The notes beneath the pieces are model-generated. The model saw only the letters and a program-made list of their open reading frames with translations. It was not told the DNA's origin and searched no databases. From NCBI GenBank assembly GCA_051942245.1, contig JAVECL010000021.1, positions 1-64,000 on the forward strand: 64,000 nucleotides of DNA. Reading direction: 5' to 3'. The translations under genes were made by a program, and so were the position numbers. Origin of the DNA: Trypethelium eluteriae (Eukaryota). Shown in pieces: positions 13,715 through 25,267 of the stretch (position 1 is its first letter; each line of letters opens with the position of its first letter).

Positions 13715-16357
13715 ATGAGCATGCCATGGGAGCCCTTCCAATTACCTCCCAAGGTTGCACATGAGTCCCAGCTATCGGACATGGTCCTCAGCTGCGAAAA
13801 ATCATATCAACAACGTCAACAACCTTTCGTCACCGATGCAAGGATCGGGACCCTACAGAAACAGAGTGTTTCCTATCCGACCGCTCTAGCCGAAACATAT
13901 CCTTATGAACCATCGATAGCATCATCGGCGTCGTCCTCGGTCTCCTCTGTTTTCTCAGATACCGCTTCTCAGACGTCTTCAGCATCGTCGAACTCTCAAG
14001 CTGAAGTCGATGAGTTATCTTCGGATCATTCGAATGCTCCTTCACTCAATGAATTCAACCTCACCACTTTCTACCCCGGTGTATACCATGGGCAACAGCC
14101 ATTCTTGGCGGCGAAGAATCCTGCCATCAGCATCCAGGTTCCTGCGCAGGCTCCGCTGGAGCTCCGCCGGAACCCTCGACGATGCTCTCTGGTTGGTGAC
14201 CAACGGCCTCCTCCATTAGTACGACAAAGTGAGCGTAAAGTGAACTTCGTCGATAATCTTGTCGGTGAGCTAACATTCCCTCCTTCTTTTTTTCCCTACA
14301 CTTCAACAGCTGAGACCTACGTTTGAGATTCTGCTACACAAATGGTTGAGGTAATTTGGCCGCTTTCCGTTGTTCCCTGCCGTTCTGAGAGTGGGAGTGG
14401 GAGAGGGGTTTTACCTCTTCGTACTTTCATCCAGGAAACCCTTCGAAGATCCAGGACGAGCTACTCGACACTGCAAGTTGCTCTTTATTATTTGATCTTG
14501 ATCAAACCATATGTGCCAAAATGTGATTTCACCATGGAACAACCTGGAGATAACGAATCATTTCGTGCTCTTCAATGTGGTCGACGCATGTTCTTGGCAT
14601 CACTCATCTTGGCCTCGAAATATCTGCAGGATCGAAACTTCTCTGCAAGAGCTTGGAGTAAAATTTCTGGGCTGAAAACGCACGAAATCAATACCAACGA
14701 AATGACATTTCTCACGGCCATCAGTTGGAGCCTCCACATTCCGGACGGCATATTTGAGCGATGGACTGAAATCGTACTAAAGTACACCCCATTATCTCAA
14801 TCTCAACAGTCTCCATGTGCGCCTGCAGCGCGTACGTGCTCAAGTTGGAAATCAATTGTCCTCCGACTGACTCCAAAACTCGATACTATCGACATGCCTA
14901 CGTCAAGTCCCACGAGCCCAAGTTACTCCTGGGTCAACAGCGGCATGCGGAATTTGCATCTGCCTTCGACTCCGACGCCTACTTCTGAGGTATTCAAATC
15001 GACTTCGCAAGAAGGTACTCCTACACCATGCGGGAGCAAGGCCCTGCCTGAAGATCGCTTGAAAAAACAACCCAGCATCTCTAATCTTACCCCAGCTCGC
15101 TTCCTCGAACCAAAGCCAGACATGCCCCCGCCAACCCCATGTCTGGCTCGTATGGGTCCATTGCCTACGCCACAGATGACGCCGTCTTCTGCAGCCTCTA
15201 ACACTCCGGCTGTGAGTGTTAGCAGCTGCCCAGCATCCCGTCGTCCTTCAATGGTATCTGCCATGGCCCAAGTTCAAAATGCATGTCTGGCGAGGACGAC
15301 AGTCGATCAATGGATTGCCCCTGCTCCGCAGCCAATGAAGAACAGCAGCTGCGGTCTCGAGCAATACAGCCTTTCTAGAAGGTCATCCGTCGCCAGATCG
15401 ACTTCTTCTGGCTCAAGCCCCGAGTCCATGATATCTGACGTGACCTCACGTTCCTCTCGTGCTTCATCCATCTCTTCAGTCTCCTCCGTTCCGAACTGGG
15501 CGCCTACCTGCAAGCTTGCACGGCTGGCGACGTGTCGGAACGCGAAACTGCCGATCCCAGGACAAGCACATGGTTCAAATGTCAAGGACTCGTGCAACAA
15601 TGTTAGCATCATAGATACAGATCTTGCACGGCCAGAAGCCATTATCAGTGAGGAAGCCCTGGCCCAAAGCCCCGACTCACTAGACTGTCTATCACTCAGT
15701 CAACCAGCCACAGCGATCAAGATGCCTCTGAGGAAAAAGCCGTCAACTGTCTTCGCCACGCCGGCCACACCCCAGAAACAAAACAAGAACAATCCGCGTG
15801 ATACCACCATTCTCGCCAAGTCAGAGACCAAGCATAGCCGCAAACGCGGCCGCTCCTCAACCGAGTTTACTCTCCAGCAAAACGTGCGCGACTTGCTCTC
15901 AGCCACACCTAGTATGTACGCGGCCCAGAATTCTGAGCCTGTAGTTCGTCCGGACATGCTTCGCGCCGACAGCTCGTCTTCGGTGCGTTCCTGCTCTACC
16001 ATTCTCAGCTCCAGCAGCAGCGTTTCGTACGGGCATAGCCGCAGCACCTCTGCCTTCTCCACTGCCTCCGTCTCGAACCTGAACTCGGAAGCTGCAACTC
16101 CCTGTCTACTCCAAGCAGACGAGGACTCGTCGTTTGTCGCGAACGAGAACGGACAGGTCAGAGGTACGAGCAGGGCCGTTCAGAGCCCGCATGCCAATCG
16201 GAGGCCTCGCTTGCCCGTCGAAAAGGATGGTGCGGGAAAGAAGAGGGCTTGTTGCTGCGCTGAGCAGGAAAGAAGGGGCCGGAGTGGCAGTCGAGGGAGA
16301 ACGACTGCGGGGTTGCCGGTGGTCGAAGGACCGGGGATGTGGGAAGGGGTTTTATAG
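13715..16357 (+). CDS. Pho85-type cyclin (PCL5/CLG1-like); exons 13715-14264 and 14328-16357
   Basis: PPPLVRQSERKVNFVDNLV|DSATQMVEVIWP, then the cyclin box VLPLRTFIQETLRRSRTSYSTLQVALYYL...CGRRMFLASLILASKYLQDRNFSARAWSKISGL, then a long Ser/Pro-rich tail. Start codon uncertain. Confidence 0.88.
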
Positions 16358-18298
16358 GCGGTGGGAGATGTGCAGGGGATGATATCGAGGTGATACTTGC
16401 AGAAAGCTCGGGAGTTGCTGTTGCTACTATATTTGGTGGAGATTGCAGAGAAATATTGATGAAGAAACTACCCCACCTACCTACATCACTACTCATCCAA
16501 AAGCCTCTTAGGAACCAAAAGGGCTTGGAAGAACATATCATTATCGAAGCTCAATTGCTTACCTTTGACCCTTTCGGGAGTTTCTATCGATACCACTGAA
16601 GAGGTGCAAAATGGGATGACACCTCTGGGGACAAAATGGCAAAGAGATAGGTGCGATGGAGCAGCCTGCTGATGACGGTGTGTTTGTGTTATGTCACCCG
16701 GGGGCTTGCAAAATTGCAACTCGTGCGGTTGCGCTGTACTGTAATGATAGGAAGCAAGCTCATCATTCATGCACAACATTGCTTTATTGGGGGGTTCGGC
16801 TTTGAAAACGGCTTCTGGGCTTTGACGGTGCAACGGCGATGCAGGCCGGGCGGGGTTATGATGGAACAGAGGAGAAGCTGTTGAACTAAGTAGTTGAATT
16901 CATGAACTTCAAAATTCATGGTTGGGCGTTGGTGAGTGGACGTCGTGATGTGATTGATTGAGTGCATAGCTGGCTGCCGGCTTGAAGCAATGTGTTGTGG
17001 TATAGTTCACCATCCATGATACGGTGAGACATCGCAGAAGTATCCCAATCATAGTAGGTTCTTTGTGCTTCATACGAATTGTTATCGTGTCCAAGTCAAC
17101 TTCTCGTAGATATATTAGCAGGTTGATTTCACTTTGCATGCAACAATCTGGATTTTACTTTCAAGGTACCGAAGCAAGTTTACTATTCTATTCTCAGATA
17201 CTCCGATTTAAATTTTGTACTGACGTGATCTTCTCCCCGATTTTTGTCCATTACGTTATGTTAAAAAAAGATATCTGCCGGGCCGTCCACAGCAGTGGAT
17301 CCCCTGCCAACCTCAGCTTCTCTCTTTTCCTTAAAGTCCTTCTTGCTTTGATTCTGTGTATGCTTTTTTTTTTTTTTTCATTCAACTTTACCCCGTCGTT
17401 ACCGACGCCCTCAGGAAGGGAACAAAGGAGTCCGTGCTTGAGACCGAAGGATTGTCGAGCTCGAGCGACGAGGTAGTTCTTGCATAGCCGTAAAGACCGG
17501 GAGACCCCTGTGATAATGTAAGTGAACATTGCGGTTGGACTCCAAGCCTTGGCATAGCCTCGAAAATGAAGTTCTAGAAGAGACTATTGAGCCTACGATG
17601 CCTGGTACTCCATGCAAGTCACAGGGAGTGTCTCTATCGCGAAGGAGAATAGATCGCTTTATTTCTCCTCCTTTGAAAGTTACTCGAACAACTCTTGTAT
17701 ATTTGATACTTTAGATTTCCGTCCCACCCTAGCCGAGGCTGCTGGCTCAGTTCTATTACAAGTGCGCCTGTTATCAGGACGAGTTCATCTTGGCATCCAC
17801 ATCTCGGCTCTTTTTTGCACTTAGGGGAGGTGCTGCCTTTCCTTCGGGGAGGGCGCCACTTCGTGTCCCAAAATTGATACTCTATTTTATTTTTGCATAT
17901 GGATAGCAGAAGGAGAAAAGTGAAGATCGTGCTTGCTCTTCAAATGACATGTGAGATACTATATGCACGGTAGAGGAAGATAGAGCACCTAGATTCGTCT
18001 TCGAAGCTCATTTGCTACAGTGCATGAAAGCGGACCTGAATGAAGTTCTCAGAACATATCTCATGAAAAAGCAGCGAGTATAGTTTACATAATTTCTTCC
18101 CCTGGGTATAGGTTAAGAAGTCGGGAAGTCGATGTAATTATTTCATTTACAACTGGTATAGTACAGACCCTCCAGAACCTCCAAGTAGGGTGTAACTTTT
18201 TCAGGAAGCTCAAATCTGATACAACGCCTTCTTGCTCCTACCATGACCATCTATCTTCCCCAGTTAGCTCACGAGAATCCTTTGTCTTCAATGATTAC

Positions 18299-19491
18299 CT
18301 AGCCGGCAGCTTTCTGAGCGACCTTTGTGGCCCCCTCTTGACGACTCAGTATCCACATGAGCGCCAATTGAACAACATAGCTGTAGCCTGCCAAAAACCA
18401 AGTCCTTCGACTCCGTTGAGCTCGAGCGACTGTTTGAGTTGGAGCACTGGATTGATCTGGTCGCGATTCAGGAAGGAGGACGTAACGAAGAGAACGAAGC
18501 TGCCGTGATGCATTGTCAGATTGAAGCATATCTCTCAAGGATGGGCAGATGATGCTGAAAGAGGCTTACCAAGAAAAATGCATCTGCGAAGTAACAGTAC
18601 AAAAAGACACCCCAGCCTACCCAGCCTCCTGTACCCTTTCCACCGTTGACGATCTCAGCAACGACAAGCGTGACAATAATGCCAACAAATTTGTATCCAG
18701 AGTAAGCTACCAAATCTAAAAGTTGACTTTCGTTAGAGATGCTCAGGATGTAGCACCCCAGCTTCAACCCCAATATCTCAAATATTACTACACCAAAGGC
18801 AGTCGTGGCTGTCAAGCCTAAAAGCTCTGGGTGGAACGCTCCTCTTAAACCAGCAAGTAGAGTAGAAAGGAGGATATAGGTCACGAAGGCCATGACGGGT
18901 ATGTACATGTCGGGGCTATTGATGTCGTCGCGAGGGGGAAGGAAGACAGAGGGAGAATCTTGAGCGCCATTGGGATTGAAGGCCTGTTTGCGAGACCATG
19001 GTCTGTGTCTCCAGGGAAAGAGGACTAGGAAGAGTTTGTGGACAACGTAGGAGTTGGAGACGTTAAAATAATGTTTTAGTGCCGAGACATTGATGTAGCG
19101 ATTGAACTGGCAGGCATGTGAGCGAAATGAATGTCTATGGCAACTTATCCTCGACAGTAGACAGCTTCTAGTCTGTTCTTTACAAGTGACGAGTGTGACA
19201 TACATTTTGCTCCATGTACTCCTGCCCAGCCATTACAGCACTCTTCCCAACCTGGAACCCCATTTGCGCCGTTGAATCGTTCATGAAGCCGCCGAATGCC
19301 GGATTCATGTAGCCACCACCGTGCTGCTGTGGTTGCTGTCCGCCGTAGCCTCCATATCCTTGTGATTGCGGCGTCCCCTGTGGAGGAGGAGGTGAGCGAA
19401 GCTGAGGGACCGTCGAGACATGCTGAGGGACAGGATGGTGGAGAGGAGGCGAATGCGCAGGAGGAATATTCGAATATGGTGGTCTTTGCAT
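18299..19491 (-). CDS. YIF1: ER-Golgi transport protein Yif1 (Hrf1 domain), 3 exons
   Basis: SPPLHHPVPQH, TAQMGFQVG, LKHYFNVSNSYVVHKLFLVLFPWRH, PPRDDINSPDMYIPVMA, LLDLVAYSGYKFVG, LRSLRYVLLP. Confidence 0.94.
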
Positions 19492-19696
19492 CGTGAAAAA
19501 CTTCAATAGGTAGTCAAGCAAGTGTGTGCTATTGCGAGCAGAAAGACAGTTTGCGGACAAACGCAGGCACCAAAATTATAATACACGCGAAGCGGTGAAC
19601 TCCGGCAGAATAGTTGTCTACGCCAATCTTGCGGGCAATTACGTAGCCGAGCAGCTCTTCCGCAGATCCGACTTGTCTCGACAGAGCGTCGACGAT

Positions 19697-21809
19697 ATGC
19701 TCGACTCATTTGAGATCCTTACGACCTCTGGAGTTGTACTCTGGTCTAAGACATATGTGCCGGTCAGCTCAAGGATCGTGAACAGTCTCATCAACGATGT
19801 CTTCATCGAGGAGCGAATATCGCCAACAGCTGGCGGGGAAGATGCAGCCGCTGCGAGGAATCCACCGTACAAGAAGGAGAAGTACACTTTGAAATGGACG
19901 ACAGCAAAAGACTTTGGTCTCATCTTCGTGGTAAGACTCTACCCTGCGAATCATTTAGCATTCATCATTAAAGCATTAGCTAGGCAGTATACCAGTCACT
20001 GCTACAATTGTCGTGGATAGACAAACTACTCGACAATGTCCGAACGCTTTTCACGAACCTATACGGGGAGCAACTGAATAAGTCAAACACGACTAAGGTG
20101 GATTGCCCATTTGAGAATTACTTCGATCGACAGGTAGAAGAACTGGAAAAGTCCTCGGGCGGCGCAACAGGTAGACCATCTGGTATCACAGCACACGAGG
20201 AGCCAGGTCATACTACCGTAGCGCATTCGACAGCAAATGAGGAGCCACCACCAATACCAGGACTACGAAAAGGCATGGCGAAGGACTCAATCTATGCTGC
20301 CCGCCTAGCTAACTTATGACTATCACAGCACCCGCGAAGCCACTAAATGGCAATACCACTTCAACCGACGCATCACCTACAACTACACCCGAAAACTCAC
20401 GCCCCGCAACTCCTCAGAATAGCCATCTCCTCACAGCAAAGGGCGGCCCCGCAGGCCGCGGTTCTCGTCGAGCACGTAAGGCCGCTAACACTGGACGCGA
20501 GACTTCGCCTGCGAGTGGTAATTTAAGCTCTACCGTCAAAGGGTCACTTAAGAAGCCGCGAAAATGGGACGCCGACGGTCTCGCTGAAGAAGACGGGGAC
20601 GTCAATCTCGACTACTCGGCGTCCGCCGGCTCATCCGTAGATGCTCATCCAGGAGGGACCATTGAAGAAGTGTCGCAAGAGTCTTGGGGTCGACGGACCA
20701 AGCGTGGAGAATTTGTCCTTCGCGACATCGATGACGAGATGGACTCGATCCTCTCCTCCGCCCAAGCCGAAAAAGTTGCGAACGCTCAAAAATCCGCTTC
20801 TGCCTCCACCGGGCTGTTCGGCTCCGCCACAGCCTCCCTCAGCACCCTCTTCCACAATGTCGTCGGCGGACACACACTCTCGCCCTCCGATCTGCAGAAG
20901 CCGCTGCAGCAGATGGAAGCGCACCTCCTGCGCAAGAACGTCGCGCGCGAAGCCGCGGTGCGCCTCTGCGAGAGCGTCTCGCGCGACCTCGTCGGCGCCC
21001 AAACGCGCACCTTCGAGTCCGTCGACGCCCGCCTGCACACCGCGATGGAGTCGGCGCTGCGCAAGATGCTCACGCCCACCAGCTCGCTCGACCTCCTACG
21101 CGAGATCCAAGCCGTGCGAAACCCCAGCGCGGGCGCCGCACCCCGCCCCTACGTCCTTAGCATCGTCGGCGTCAACGGCGTCGGCAAGTCTACGAATCTC
21201 AGCAAGATCGCTTTCTTCTTGCTGCAGAACCGATATCGCATTTTGATCGCGGCGGCGGACACTTTTCGCTCGGGCGCGGTGGAGCAGTTGCGTGTGCACG
21301 CGGCGAACTTGCGCGAGCTCTCGCGCCGTGAGGGGGGTGAGATCGAGCTCTATGAGAGGGGATACGGCAAGGATGCTGCTGATGTGGCTCGCGATGCCGT
21401 GGCGTATGCGGCGCGAGGCGCGTGGGACGTTGTACTTGTGGATACGGCAGGGCGGCGACACAACGATGCGCGGTTGATGGGCGGTTTGGAGAAATTTGCA
21501 AGGTTAGCCCGCCCGGATAAGTGCTTGATGGTCGGGGAGGCTTTGGTGGGCGGTGATGCGGTGCAGCAGGCGCGGCATTTCAATGAGAGTCTGATTGGGA
21601 ATCCGAGTGGCGGAGGAGCAAGGGGTGGAGGCAGGGGATTGGATGGGTTCATCGTGAGTAAATGCGATACGGTGGGGGACATGGTGGGAACATTGGTTAG
21701 TATGGTACATGCGACGGGGATTCCGGTAGTGTTTTTGGGTACAGGGCAGCACTACAGCGATTTGAGGACGTTGAACGTTGGGAGCGTGGTGAGGTTGCTT
21801 ATGGAGTAG
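19697..21809 (+). CDS. SRP101: Signal recognition particle receptor alpha subunit (3 exons)
   Basis: MLDSFEILTTSGVVLWS N-terminal SRX/longin region; SRP-type GTPase motifs GVNGVGKSTNLSK, DTFRSGAVEQL, DTAGR, SKCDTVGDMVG, GTGQHYSDL. Confidence 0.95.
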
Positions 21810-23529
21810 GAATGAGGATGTAAAATTCGAGGCTTGAGGGTCTTGAGGCTTGGAACGGCATTTTTGGATATGATTTTATTCTATTCCAAGGTCATGGGGA
21901 TCTAAGGAGGCTGTCTAGGTAGCGTGGGAGTTTTGCTGAGGTTATTAGACGCCTAAGTTGAGGCTTCGGTGTCTGCTCGGTTTATTTCATGCATGTATGA
22001 CAGGACTGTAGATCAAGGCATATATGTAGTAACACACAAGATTTTGGCAGTCGTTTATCTCAATATTTGATATCTACTAGGCGTCCATTTAGGCCTCGTG
22101 CACAATTCAGCATTCATCCCGGTTTCATTCTGCAATATGCGAATTGGCGCATAGTACCTGAATCCGAGTAGGGCATTCCGTGTCATTGTCGTATCGGAAC
22201 ACAGCCGTTTCCACTTCGGCTATGCAAAGATCAGGGCACCCTCAGGAACAATTTCGGATCCGCATGGAGACCCTGTAATCCGCCATAAGCATTATTTTCA
22301 CTTCATGATTTTGGCTCGTGAGAATGAAAGAGCAGAAAAGACAGGGTCTTTAGCATTATTGCACCTCCGAGGGTTGAGGAAGTGAGTGTGGCATTTGCGC
22401 TGACGTGTTTATGAAATTGTTGTGGCAAGTACGGAGTACCACGGCAGCACGGAGTTGTCCGTATAACGGAACGGAGACTCGGTCCGCCGCGCCTTGGTTG
22501 TTCCTACCTTACCTGTACTGGACGATGTTGGGCATGTGCCATCTGGCCTCACGTTGCAATGGCGGTGTGTTAGAGCTCTCGTCCGAGGGCTCCTTCCATC
22601 CTGAACACTTGGGTATTGGAAGGTGGGAAGATGACTGCAAAGGTGTTTCAGAACACCGGGGAAAGTACATGGATTTAGTGGCCTTGTAAAATAGCCGTTG
22701 AGGAGTGGTCAACGGTCAGACCCCAGCGGACGCTTACTGGGTCGAAGTAGAATCTGAGAGAAGGGTCTAGGGCCAGGCCTAGACTGGAAGAGGCTTGGAA
22801 GAGGATCGGGAGCAGGTCGGTGCGAAGCGGTGAAGCAGACACGCAAAGCATCGCAAAGCGTGGGCAAGTCATCTGGGCCTCGACGTCATCCGGCATCGAT
22901 CCAGACATCATCGGCGCCTCCTCTGATTTGTCTGGTCTGCTATTTACAACGAATGCTCTTTGTGCGAAGGATTCCCCTTCTCCACAACGCTGGTGCTGAC
23001 CTGTTCGTGGCCACTGAAAATGCTGCCCTCTCTCGGCTGCTCGCGTGTCAGGCCCATCAATGCTGGACAATTGCCACTATCAAGGGTGATCAAGGGTACA
23101 TTTCGTAATGCTGCTCCCTCCTGCCTCTGGCAGTGTCATCAGCCCACGCCTTGTAATTAAACGCTCCTTCCCGTAACATTTGCCTCACCTCGATTCTTTC
23201 CCTCTGCTGCTGCTCCACACTGTCTTCGAACACTCTGTCCCTAGAGCCTAACTTACCCTCCCCTTTCTCATTTTCAATTCACCTTTCTCTTGTGTCGTAT
23301 CACGTATTCACTTGAGATTGTCTTCTCCACGTAGTCTCGGACTGGTGAATTGCCGAACTTAATTTACTCCACCGTTATTTCCTTCACCCCCACTTTCCTC
23401 CCGCACAGTCACCAGAACGTTTTTATTTACACCATTCACCAGCCGAGCCACGGTTCACTTCTACCCTCCTACCAGCAAATTGTCAAAGAGCAGAGATCGG
23501 TTCCACGCTTCTAGCGTGTAATAGGCGAG

Positions 23530-25267
23530 ATGGCACAACTGGCTCTGCGGGCGTTTGCCTACGGTAAGTCTACCATACTTTCCTCTCGACGCAGGACACT
23601 AGACAAGGGACATGCTTACCTTGATACCTACTTTTGCGTTGAATGATGCATTTGCTTGTGGGTGAAGGCTGACAGATGTGTGCCCTTCTGCAGGAGTCGA
23701 TAAGATGCCCGATAGTGCGTGGGACAGGATTCCTGGAGGCTACTTCCGAGACAAGGAAAAGAAGCGCCAAAAGGAGGAGGAGAAGCGACGTCAGCAACGC
23801 CAAGGTCGTCGGGCTCGCAGTGACTCTCGGGGCCCAAAACGAAGCTCTTCTCACGACAGGCGTCACCACGATGACGACTACTATTCTGACGGTGGAGAAA
23901 ATGCCCATTCCTATGGCAAACGTCGTGAAGGATATTCGGCCCCGCGTGATTCGCGCGCTCTCGACCGTAATTCAGGACCAAGCCCGCCGCCACCTACCGA
24001 TCCAACGCCGGGTATTCCTCAACATGAAGCTGGGCACTATCCAGAACCTCCCAGCCACCCCCATGGGGCACAGCATTTCCAAAACCGTGGGAGTTATAAC
24101 CAGAACAAGAATGTGAATCCTTCAGTGGCCCCAAATCAACATTACTTTCCACCGCCACCTATCCAGCCCATTCAAGAGCCCAGGCCACAGGTCCAGCCTC
24201 AATTCCAAAGCCCGGAGTACCCTCAGACTAGTCAGAGTATGGAATATCATGCCCGCCCTAGCCAACCTCCTAAATCTGGTACGCCAGGGTACTCTTCAGG
24301 CTCCAGCAACACTCAATACGCGACCCAGTATCCTTCGGTTCATCCCTCTCCAAATCCGTACGCCCAATATTCCGCTTCCCCTGCGAGCTTCGCTGCCAGG
24401 GGAACTTTTTCTCCAACTCCTCCGTCATCGGCTTCTTCCGCCGGCCAGCGCTACCGTCCCCCGCATGTTCTTAACAGCGCTGCAACCGCTGGGCCCCATG
24501 ATCGCGTCAATATGAACGGCAGCCCCAACCAGCCCGCAGCACCTCCTCCCAGCTCCGCACCGCCTCGGGAACCATACATCCCCTATAACGACGCCGTGTA
24601 TTACAACCAACCCGCTCAACAAGCCGCCGCCTACCGTAGCGCCTCCGTCAGCAGCGCCTCCGGCGGCTACACAAGCCGAGGCTCCCCACGCGGCTCCATC
24701 ATCGGCGGTGTCAACGGTTCCAGACCGGGAAGTCTCGGTGCGCACAGCTACAGTTCATTGCCCCCTACTTCTCCTCATCGAGATGATGCTAACACGCGCG
24801 ATGGCAGATATGCCGCGCACTCACTCGCAGTCCCCGCCCTCGCGTCCCGGAACGGGCAGCGCGGGCGTTCCGCCTCCTCCGCCGTCCGCGGACGCGATCC
24901 CCAGCGCCGTGCCCACAGTGCCGCGGATCCAGTCCTTCGGTCATCAGCCGCCGCCGAGCCCTCACGGTCGCGGCTCGCGGGGCTGAGCCAGAGGCTGGGC
25001 ACTGATGAGAAGGCGTTGGGCGCGGGAGCGCTGGGGGCGGTGGTTGGCGGTGTGATTGGGCATGAGGCTGGCACTGGCGGGTTTTCAACACTCGCGGGAT
25101 TGTTGATTGGAGGGGTGGGCGCCCATGCGTTGGAGCGGGGGCGGAGACGACGGAAGGGCGAGAGGGAGAGCAGGAGGGTGGTGGAGGATACTGAGCAGCA
25201 GCGGAATCTCGACGATGAAAAGGCAGTAGGTGAGACAAGGGGAGGTGCAGAACCTCCTTCTGGTTAA
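23530..25267 (+). CDS. Pro/Ser-rich hypothetical protein with C-terminal glycine-zipper-like segment; intron 23564-23693
   Basis: Exon 1 MAQLALRAFAY-G splices in frame to VDKMPDSAWDRIPGGYFR. C-terminal ALGAGALGAVVGGVIGHEAG...LAGLLIGGVGAHALE. Confidence 0.75.

Noticed and set aside
20631..21752. Many long antisense and alternate-frame ORFs over SRP101 (likewise over the P450, MT and DBF2 genes)
   Set aside because: Shadow ORFs caused by high GC and codon bias of the real genes.
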